From positions 13,639-77,638 of the forward strand of contig JAUMWI010000002.1 of assembly GCA_030529725.1 (NCBI GenBank): 64,000 bases of DNA. The letters run 5' to 3'. Below the pieces are notes generated by a model. The model ran no database searches and was not told the origin of the DNA. It saw only the letters and a program-made list of their open reading frames with translations. A program made the position numbers and the translations under genes. Below are positions 41,575 to 48,961 of this stretch, piece after piece; the stretch's first letter is position 1, and each line of letters begins with the position of its first letter. Source of the stretch: Eubacteriales bacterium. GTDB lineage: Bacteria; Bacillota; Clostridia; Oscillospirales; Oscillospiraceae.

Positions 41575-42696
41575 TCACATTGCATCCAGAACACGGCGGA
41601 TAATGGAATTGGAGAGAAGAAAACCCTGCGGCGTGAGATGCCAGCGGTCGGCGGAGCGTTCGGCAAGTCCGTGCGCTTCGCATTCACGCAGCACCGATTC
41701 CACCGCAGGAAAGGACGCTCCTGCATCGCGCTCGCAGATGCCGGAGACCGTGCGCAGTCCCAGCATCAGATATTCTTCCTGCCGCTCACGCGGTGAAACG
41801 GCGGCATTCTCGCTGAAAATGCGCTTACCGTCAAGGTATGCGTTTAAGTCCCGTGCAAGCGCAAAACGCCGTTCGCCAAAATCCGAATGTGCGCCGGGAC
41901 CAAAGCCGAGGTATTCCCCCAGCGTCCAGTATTTTAAATTGTGGCGTGACTCGTAACCGGGCTTCGAAAAATTGGAGATTTCATACTGCATATAACCCCG
42001 CTCACGCAGAAACTGTACGGTCTCAAGGTAAAAATCCACCTGCGCGTCATCATCGGGGAGCGGTACGCTTTTGCGCCGGTGATATAGCGGTGTGCCCTCC
42101 TCGACTTTCAGCCCATAGCACGAAAGATGCTCGGGGTTCAGCGCAGCTGCCGAGGCGAGATTTGCTCTCCAGCGTGCCATCGTCTGACGGGGCAGACCGT
42201 AGATCAGATCGAGGCTCAGATTGTCAAAGCCTGCCGACCTTGCTGCGTACACCGCCCGGGCGATCTCCGCAGCGGTGTGAATCCGCCCGATCTCAAGCAG
42301 CTCCCTGTCATCAAACGACTGTGCGCCGAGAGAGATGCGGTTAAAGCCTGCCTTACGCAGCACCCTGAGCGCGGACACATCGCGCCCACTGTCGGGATTT
42401 GCCTCGAAGGTGATTTCCGCATCATCGGCAACGCAATAATATGTTTTGACCGTTTCCAGCAGTGCCGCGAGCCGCTGAGCACCGAGATAGCTCGGTGTGC
42501 CGCCGCCGAAGTAAACGGTGTCAACACGATGTGCTTTTGCAGCGGTGGACATGGCGGCCAGCTCATGCCGGAGCGCGGTGCAGTAAGCATCCATTTTCTC
42601 CTCACTGTGCGCAAGAGAGTAGAAATCGCAGTAGGCACATTTGCTTTTGCAAAACGGAATATGAAGATAAAGACCCAACGGGCGGAGCTGCTCCAT
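41575..42696 (-). CDS. hemW: radical SAM heme chaperone HemW (HemN-like)
   Basis: LYLHIPFCKSKCAYCDFYS cluster motif. 373 aa. Confidence 0.9.
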   Translation of the reverse strand: MEQLRPLGLYLHIPFCKSKCAYCDFYSLAHSEEKMDAYCTALRHELAAMSTAAKAHRVDTVYFGGGTPSYLGAQRLAALLETVKTYYCVADDAEITFEANPDSGRDVSALRVLRKAGFNRISLGAQSFDDRELLEIGRIHTAAEIARAVYAARSAGFDNLSLDLIYGLPRQTMARWRANLASAAALNPEHLSCYGLKVEEGTPLYHRRKSVPLPDDDAQVDFYLETVQFLRERGYMQYEISNFSKPGYESRHNLKYWTLGEYLGFGPGAHSDFGERRFALARDLNAYLDGKRIFSENAAVSPRERQEEYLMLGLRTVSGICERDAGASFPAVESVLRECEAHGLAERSADRWHLTPQGFLLSNSIIRRVLDAM

Positions 42697-42799
42697 GTGA
42701 TGTCACCTCACACTTCATTGTAGTGTTTTTTTCGGTAGGAAGCAAGAAAAACATAAAAGTCAAAATTTTGGCAACACTACGGGAAAAGGAGTGATCACT

Positions 42800-43234
42800 A
42801 TGGATATGACACCGCAGGAATACCAACAGTATGTCAAACAGAACTCGCCAAAATCACCGATCGTCAAGGATACGGCGATCGCCTTTGTGGTCGGCGGCGC
42901 AATTTGCGTGATCGGGCAGCTCATCATGAACGGCTGGGTCGCGGCGGGACTTGAGCGGGTGGATGCAAGCAGTGCAACGTCGGTCAGTCTTGTGTTTCTC
43001 TCGGCACTTTTCACGGGTTTGAATCTTTATAATTCCCTTGCCCGATTTGCCGGTGCCGGCACGCTTGTGCCGATCACCGGCTTCGCGAACTCCGTTGTAT
43101 CGCCTGCGATTGACTTCAAGAGCGAAGGTTTTGTCACAGGTATGGCGGCAAAGATGTTCACAGTCGCGGGCCCTGTCATCGTGTTCGGCACACTTGCCAG
43201 CGCGGTGTACGGTGTTGTACTGATGCTGCTTTGA
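42800..43234 (+). CDS. spoVAC: stage V sporulation protein AC
   Basis: MDMTPQEYQQYVKQNSPKSPIVKDTAIAFVVGGAICVIGQ is the typical SpoVAC N-terminus. AAGGAG RBS sits 8 nt upstream. Confidence 0.88.
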   Translation: MDMTPQEYQQYVKQNSPKSPIVKDTAIAFVVGGAICVIGQLIMNGWVAAGLERVDASSATSVSLVFLSALFTGLNLYNSLARFAGAGTLVPITGFANSVVSPAIDFKSEGFVTGMAAKMFTVAGPVIVFGTLASAVYGVVLMLL

Positions 43235-43240
43235 CACATA

Positions 43241-43274
43241 ACAAGGGGCGCACGGAAAACCGTGCGCCCCTTGT
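43241..43274. terminator. bidirectional terminator between spoVAC and kup
   Basis: 15-bp stem ACAAGGGGCGCACGG / CCGTGCGCCCCTTGT. Confidence 0.8.
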
Positions 43275-43286
43275 TGTATATATGTA

Positions 43287-45284
43287 TTATGCCTTATGGC
43301 GCGTAATCCGATTGCCGCTATTTCCACCGCCAACGATCAGCGGAACGGGTTCGACGGTCACGGACGAGGTATCCAGGCCGTACCATTGGATCTTGGAGCC
43401 GGCTACACGGCGAATGGCGTACTTGCAGTTGAGAATGATCTCATCGAGCCGCGACAGCCCGGCCATGGTAGGGACGGTTTTGCGGAAGAAGAAGAATTTG
43501 AAGCTGCCGACATTGGACTTTCCGTAGATGGAGTACTTGCGCTCCTGCTCGGGCAGCTCACCGCTCGCAATGAGATCCTGCACGATCTGGCGCAAATACA
43601 CATTCACGCGCTGGTCGTCCTTGAAGCCAAGATTCAGCTTGACGCGGAAGATGTAGTCCGTGCCGAAGGTCTCCACCTCATAGCGGCAAATATGTGGTTT
43701 GTCAAGCACGCGGAGACTGATAAACCAGTATGCCTCAGCGCGCTTGGGGTCCTTGTCGAGAATGGAATATAAAACATCGCGGTCTAAGGTTTCCGTGTCG
43801 TTGCCGTTATCGAAAAAGACCAGGTTGTGTGCCAGCAACGGAACCGATTCGTCATCGTGCAGATCACCGAGATTTTTGAGGTAGTCCCTCAGATTCAGGC
43901 GCACGCAATATTTGCGCTCCAGATTCGTGCCGCGATACCAGATGATCATAACGGACAACAGCAGCAGCGCCAGAATCACGGCAACATATCCGCCGTGCGC
44001 GAACTTGCCGAGGCTCGAGAAAAAGAATACGCTTTCTATGGCACCGAAAACGACCAGAACAAAGAACGCAAGCGCACTCTTTTTACGCACACGGCGCAGA
44101 TACACGCTCAAAAGCAGCGTCGTCATCAGCATCGTCACCGTAATGGCGAGACCGTAGGCGGACTCCATGCGGCTGCTGGAGCGGAAGTACAAGACGACGA
44201 GCGTGCAGCCGACCCAGAGAAGCTTGTTGACGGTGTCTATGTAGAGCTGACCCTTGGTTTCCGAGGGGTACTGCACCTTGAGGTGTGGCATCAGATCGAG
44301 GCGGATTGCCTCCGATACCAGTGTATAAGAGCCGGTGATCAATGCCTGCGAGGCAATGACCGCTGCCGCCGCACCGAGCAGCACCGCAGCAGGACGCAGT
44401 GCAGGGGTGAGCATCTGGAAGAAGGGATTCAGGTCATCGATGGCGAGAAGCGCATGATCCGTGCGGCTCGTCAGAATCCATGCACCCTGACCGAGATAGT
44501 TGAGGATCAGACATAACTTGACAAACGGCCAGCTGAAGTAAATGTTCTCCCGCCCGACATGCCCCATATCGGAATAGAGTGCTTCGGCACCGGTGGCAGC
44601 GAGAAACACACTGCCGAGGATCATCAAACCGACCTTATTATAGGGACTGAATAACACCTGCACGGCATAAATGGGGTTAAATGCCATGAGCACAACAGGA
44701 TAATGAAAGACGTTCATGATCCCCGTAATGCCGAGGAAGGAGAACCAGAGAAGCATCATGGGTCCGAAGGCTTTGCCGATCTTGCTGGTACCGGCATGCT
44801 GCACAGCAAAGAGCGCACAGATGATGCCAAGCGTGATGAGAATGACCTTAGCCTGTCCGCTGCCCAGCAGTCGATCCATCGATGCAATGCTGCGCAGACC
44901 TTCGACCGCCGTGGTGACGGTAACCGCAGGAGTAAGTACGCCGTCGGCAAGCAGCGCCGCGCCGCCGATCATCGCGGGGAAAATGAGCCATTTTCCGCAG
45001 TTGCGCACCAGAGAATAGAGCGAGAAAATGCCGCCTTCACCGTTGTTGTCCGCCTTCATGGCGATCAACACATACTTCACTGTAGTCAGCAGGGTGATCG
45101 TCCAGATGATCAGTGAAAGCGAACCGATGATAAACGCGTCATTGACCGCGCCAATGCCGCCGTTGCCCTGGAGAATCGACTTCATGACATACAGCGGAGA
45201 GGTACCGATATCGCCGTAGACAATGCCGATCGTCACGAGGAACATGCCAAAAGAAAAGCGTGAATGCTTTTTCGTAAGAATCAC
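43287..45284 (-). CDS. kup: KUP/HAK/KT potassium transporter
   Basis: 665 aa with the GIVYGDIGTSPLYV signature. The GTG start is uncertain. Confidence 0.92.
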   Translation of the reverse strand: MILTKKHSRFSFGMFLVTIGIVYGDIGTSPLYVMKSILQGNGGIGAVNDAFIIGSLSLIIWTITLLTTVKYVLIAMKADNNGEGGIFSLYSLVRNCGKWLIFPAMIGGAALLADGVLTPAVTVTTAVEGLRSIASMDRLLGSGQAKVILITLGIICALFAVQHAGTSKIGKAFGPMMLLWFSFLGITGIMNVFHYPVVLMAFNPIYAVQVLFSPYNKVGLMILGSVFLAATGAEALYSDMGHVGRENIYFSWPFVKLCLILNYLGQGAWILTSRTDHALLAIDDLNPFFQMLTPALRPAAVLLGAAAAVIASQALITGSYTLVSEAIRLDLMPHLKVQYPSETKGQLYIDTVNKLLWVGCTLVVLYFRSSSRMESAYGLAITVTMLMTTLLLSVYLRRVRKKSALAFFVLVVFGAIESVFFFSSLGKFAHGGYVAVILALLLLSVMIIWYRGTNLERKYCVRLNLRDYLKNLGDLHDDESVPLLAHNLVFFDNGNDTETLDRDVLYSILDKDPKRAEAYWFISLRVLDKPHICRYEVETFGTDYIFRVKLNLGFKDDQRVNVYLRQIVQDLIASGELPEQERKYSIYGKSNVGSFKFFFFRKTVPTMAGLSRLDEIILNCKYAIRRVAGSKIQWYGLDTSSVTVEPVPLIVGGGNSGNRITRHKA

Positions 45285-45433
45285 TCCCTATGTTGTTTGT
45301 AGACCCTTTGGTTATCTTAACACAATATTTACATAGGAGCAAGTCCGGAGCATTTGTCAATATGGTAAAAATGCTGAAATTGCCGGAAATCAGGTGGGTG
45401 CGGCAGATCGGACAGCAGGGATAAAATTCAACG

Positions 45434-45494
45434 TTATTCACAGATGATTAGATTTACATAACGCTGTGGATAAACTTGTGGAAACTGTGCATAA
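45434..45494. promoter_or_regulatory. DnaA-box cluster
   Basis: TTATTCACA (45434), TGTGGATAA (45465, perfect), TGTGGAAAC (45477, 7/9) and TGTGCATAA (45486). Three of them fit TTATNCACA. Confidence 0.55.
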
Positions 45495-45643
45495 CTCTGA
45501 TTTTACAGGCGTTTCGAGCGGTTGACTTTGCTGTTATTTTTTGCCGGAAAATTATGCTTATGGCGAAAAAATTTCCCTTTTGCCCGAAAGTGGACGGGTA
45601 AAGCGAAAAATCGGACGGAAACAGGAAAAAATGGAGTAGATAC

Positions 45644-45672
45644 TTGTTATTGTGGTAAAAAAAGTATATAAT
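45644..45672 (+). promoter_or_regulatory. sigma-A-type promoter of the topoisomerase B-subunit gene
   Basis: TTGTTA-17 nt-TATAAT. Confidence 0.5.
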
Positions 45673-45722
45673 ATACAAAACATTGTGTTTGACGGAGTTT
45701 CGTCGAAATGGAGAGAAGTACC

Positions 45723-47726
45723 ATGGCAGAAACAAAAAAACGGGATTACGGTAATGAGAGCATCTCTGCACTGACCGGCGCCGAGCGTGTCCGCAAACGC
45801 CCGGCAGTCATTTTCGGCTCAGACGGCTTAGAGGGCTGTGAGCACGCGGTGTTTGAGATCCTTTCCAACTCCATTGATGAAGCACGCGAGGGACACGGCA
45901 AGCTCATCACCGTCACGCGCTACCTCGACCACAGTGTTGAGGTCGAGGATCAGGGCCGCGGCTGCCCGGTGGACTTTAATGCCAAGGAAAACCGTATGAA
46001 CTGGGAGCTTGTCTACTGCGAGCTGTACGCCGGCGGCAAGTATGACAACAACTCGGGAGAGAGTTACGAGTATTCCCTCGGCCTTAACGGACTCGGAGCC
46101 TGCGCTACGCAGTACTCCTCGCGCTACATGGACGTAACGGTTTGGCGCGACGGCAACAGGTATTCTCTGCACTTTGAGCGCGGTGAGGTCAAGGGAAAGA
46201 AGGGCAGGGAGCTCGTCGTCGAGCCGACCGATCGCGGCAAAAAGACCGGTACGCTCACGCGCTGGCTGCCCGATCTCGATGTTTTTACCGATATTGATAT
46301 TCCGGCGGAGTATTATATTGAGACGATGAAGCGTCAGGCGGTGGTCAATGCCGGCATTACCTTCCGCTTCCGCAACGAGGTGTCTGAGGGCAAGTTTGAG
46401 ACGCAGGAGTTCGTCTACGAAAACGGTATTGTGGACTATGTCAATGAAATTGCCGGCGAGAATGCACTCACTACGCCTGCGTTTTGGGAAACGGAAAGGC
46501 GCGGCCGCGACCGTGACGATAAGCCGGAATACAAGGTAAGACTCTCCTGCGCGTGCTGTTTTTCCAACAAGGTGCAGCGCATCGAGCATTATCACAACTC
46601 CTCCTGGCTGGAGCATGGCGGCAGCCCTGAGAAGGCGACAAAGCTTGCCTTTGTCTATGCGATCGACGCCTACCTTAAGAACAACAATAAATATCAAAAA
46701 AGCGAGAGCAAGGTGACATGGCAGGACGTGGAGGACTGCCTGATCCTCGTGTCCAATAATTTTTCCACGCAGACAAGCTATGAGAATCAGACGAAAAAGG
46801 CCATCACAAACAAGTTCGTGCAGGAGGCGATGACAGAGTTTCTCAAGAGCCGTCTGGAGGTCTTTTTCATCGAAAACCGCACGGATGCGGAGAAGATCGC
46901 GGAGCAGGTACTCATCAACAAGCGCAGCCGCGAGAGCGCGGAAAAGCAGCGGCTGAACATGAAGACCAAGCTTACAGAGAAGATCGACATTGCCAACCGT
47001 GTGCAGAAATTTGTAGACTGCCGCACGCGCGATGTTTCCCGACGCGAAATTTACATCGTGGAGGGCGACAGCGCACTCGGATCTGTCAAGCTTTCACGTG
47101 ACGCGGAGTTTCAGGGTATCATGCCTGTGCGCGGCAAGATCCTGAACTGCCTCAAAGCTGACTATCCGCGCATTTTTAAAAGTGAGATCATCACCGATCT
47201 TTTGAAAGTCCTTGGCTGCGGTGTGGAGGTGCCGGGCAAGTTCGTCAAGAACCTCAACGCCTTTGACGTAAATAACCTCCGCTGGAACAAGATTGTGATC
47301 TGCACCGATGCTGATGTGGACGGCTATCAGATCAGAACGCTGATTCTCACGATGATCTACCGCTTGTGCCCAACACTTATTCGTGAGGGCTATATTTATA
47401 TCGCGGAAACACCGCTCTTTGAGATCACCTGCGGCGAAAAAACGTGGTTTGCCTATACGGACAAGGAGAAAAATGACATTGTCGCGCAGCTTGAGGGCAA
47501 ACGCTATAAGGTCGACCGCTCCAAGGGCCTTGGTGAAAACGACCCGGAAATGATGTGGCTGACGACAATGAACCCGGAAACGCGCCGCCTCATCAAGGTC
47601 ATGCCCGAGGATGCGGAGGAGACAAGCCGTGTGTTCGATCTGCTGCTGGGCGACGATCTGCAGGGGCGGAAAAACCATATTGCCGAAAACGGATATAAAT
47701 ATCTGGAAATGATCGATGTATCCTGA
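45723..47726 (+). CDS. type IIA DNA topoisomerase subunit B (ParE/GyrB family, divergent)
   Basis: GHKL ATPase motif EILSNSIDEA, Toprim EGDSA and PVRGKILN. 667 aa. Start MAETKK follows a GGAGAG RBS. Confidence 0.9.
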   Translation: MAETKKRDYGNESISALTGAERVRKRPAVIFGSDGLEGCEHAVFEILSNSIDEAREGHGKLITVTRYLDHSVEVEDQGRGCPVDFNAKENRMNWELVYCELYAGGKYDNNSGESYEYSLGLNGLGACATQYSSRYMDVTVWRDGNRYSLHFERGEVKGKKGRELVVEPTDRGKKTGTLTRWLPDLDVFTDIDIPAEYYIETMKRQAVVNAGITFRFRNEVSEGKFETQEFVYENGIVDYVNEIAGENALTTPAFWETERRGRDRDDKPEYKVRLSCACCFSNKVQRIEHYHNSSWLEHGGSPEKATKLAFVYAIDAYLKNNNKYQKSESKVTWQDVEDCLILVSNNFSTQTSYENQTKKAITNKFVQEAMTEFLKSRLEVFFIENRTDAEKIAEQVLINKRSRESAEKQRLNMKTKLTEKIDIANRVQKFVDCRTRDVSRREIYIVEGDSALGSVKLSRDAEFQGIMPVRGKILNCLKADYPRIFKSEIITDLLKVLGCGVEVPGKFVKNLNAFDVNNLRWNKIVICTDADVDGYQIRTLILTMIYRLCPTLIREGYIYIAETPLFEITCGEKTWFAYTDKEKNDIVAQLEGKRYKVDRSKGLGENDPEMMWLTTMNPETRRLIKVMPEDAEETSRVFDLLLGDDLQGRKNHIAENGYKYLEMIDVS

Positions 47727-47749
47727 TAAATCGCGCAAAAACGAAAATA

Positions 47750-47905
47750 TCATTTGTTCTTTCGCAGGGAAAGCAGGGTGAAAGTCCCTCACAGAGCCGC
47801 TGCCGTTACAGTCGGAATGCCTGCTTAAGAAGTCATGTGGGCGCCGCGGACTTTCGGCTGCTGAATCCCGGTATGGAAGCCTCTTCTTCGCCTGCGTGAC
47901 AGATA
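47750..47905 (+). promoter_or_regulatory. cobalamin riboswitch
   Basis: CAGGGAAAGCAGGGTGAAAGTCCCTCACAGAGCCGCTGCCGTTACAGT matches the conserved GGGAA..GGTGAAA.TCC..CAG..CCGC..ACAGT core. It lies directly upstream of a DUF4430 gene. Confidence 0.75.
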
Positions 47906-47930
47906 TAAAAAATGAAGGAGAGAAAACAAC

Positions 47931-48323
47931 ATGATTAAACGAAGAACCATTATCCTCTACTGCCTGCTTGTAGCACTCCTGACAGGGGCTTTTGCCGTGT
48001 GGCAGACGTACAAACCTGAGGCGCGCCAGGGCAGCAAGACCATCACGGTCAACATTGACCACCTCGAAGGCGAGGACAAAACCTACACTATTTACACCGA
48101 TGAGGAGTACCTGCGCGGCGCGCTGGAACAGGAAAACCTGATCGAAGGCACCGAGAGTGAGTACGGACTCTATGTTCTTACGGTGGACGGTGAGACGGCC
48201 GATGAAACCGAGATGCAATGGTGGGGTTATGACGTTAACGGCACGCTTGCCGAGTACGGTGTGGACGGACAGGTCGTAACCGACGGCGATGTGTATGACT
48301 TTGCGCTCAACGTCGGCTGGTAA
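47931..48323 (+). CDS. DUF4430 (transcobalamin-like fold) membrane-anchored protein
   Basis: 130 aa with an N-terminal anchor, a WWGYDVNG motif and a GAAGGAGAG RBS. Confidence 0.75.
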   Translation: MIKRRTIILYCLLVALLTGAFAVWQTYKPEARQGSKTITVNIDHLEGEDKTYTIYTDEEYLRGALEQENLIEGTESEYGLYVLTVDGETADETEMQWWGYDVNGTLAEYGVDGQVVTDGDVYDFALNVGW

Positions 48324-48330
48324 GCTCACA

Positions 48331-48816
48331 GTGCGCGAGCTTGCCGAGCTTGCGATTTTCTGTGCGCTGATGGTGGCGGGCAAGGAAGCTTTGCGTGTTG
48401 TGCCGAATGTGCATCCGGTCACGCTGCTGATCCTTCTGTGTGTGCAGGTGTATGGGCTCAGGGCGCTTTATCCCACGCTTGGGTTTGTGCTGCTGGAGAT
48501 CGGCATTTACGGTGCCGGACTGTGGAGCCTCATGTATCTCTACGTCTGGCCGCTGCTGGTGCTTGCAGCGCTGCCGTTTCGAACGGCGAAAAGCCGTGCC
48601 GCATTTGCGGCGATCGCGGGCCTGCACGGTCTGTGTTTTGGGGCATTGTGTGCGGTTCCGTACTATTTTATCGGCGGACTTCCGATGGCGATTTCATGGT
48701 GGGTGTCCGGCATTCCTTATGACATCATACACTGTGTGTCCAACACGGTGCTGACATTTGTGCTGCTGCCGCCGCTGTATCGGTTGGTAACGCGCATCAA
48801 ACAGGAAAAACTGTAA
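48331..48816 (+). CDS. small multi-pass membrane protein, putative ECF-type S component (B12-related by context)
   Basis: ~160 aa with 5-6 TM helices, in the riboswitch-controlled cassette. The start is uncertain (GTG 48331 or ATG 48295). Confidence 0.55.
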   Translation: MRELAELAIFCALMVAGKEALRVVPNVHPVTLLILLCVQVYGLRALYPTLGFVLLEIGIYGAGLWSLMYLYVWPLLVLAALPFRTAKSRAAFAAIAGLHGLCFGALCAVPYYFIGGLPMAISWWVSGIPYDIIHCVSNTVLTFVLLPPLYRLVTRIKQEKL

Positions 48817-48896
48817 TCATACGAGGAACAAGTTTCAACCTTCCTATAGGATACCGTTTTTCTCGCCGCTTACGCGGCAACCGAAAACATGGCGCT

Positions 48897-48958
48897 TATG
48901 ACCATTCCTTTTCGTGGTTATCTTGTGCCTTGAAGTACAGCGGAAAGGAATGGTCATA
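48897..48958 (+). promoter_or_regulatory. long hairpin occluding the RBS of the topoisomerase A-subunit gene
   Basis: TATGACCATTCCTTT (48897..48911) pairs perfectly with AAAGGAATGGTCATA (48944..48958). The 3' arm contains the only SD-like AAGGA, 4 nt upstream of the ATG at 48962. Confidence 0.5.
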
Positions 48959-48961
48959 TTA

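Noticed and set aside
42697-42799. Sigma-G/sigma-F forespore promoter upstream of spoVAC
   Set aside because: The best candidate (ACATA-18 nt-ACACTAC) matches the recalled GHATR-18-CATXHTA consensus too poorly to report.
45285-45440. Possible c-di-AMP (ydaO/kimA-type) riboswitch in the kup leader
   Set aside because: I could not find the conserved pseudo-twofold ACGGGGA/CCCGA-type elements on the minus strand. I saw only a weak promoter-like sequence.
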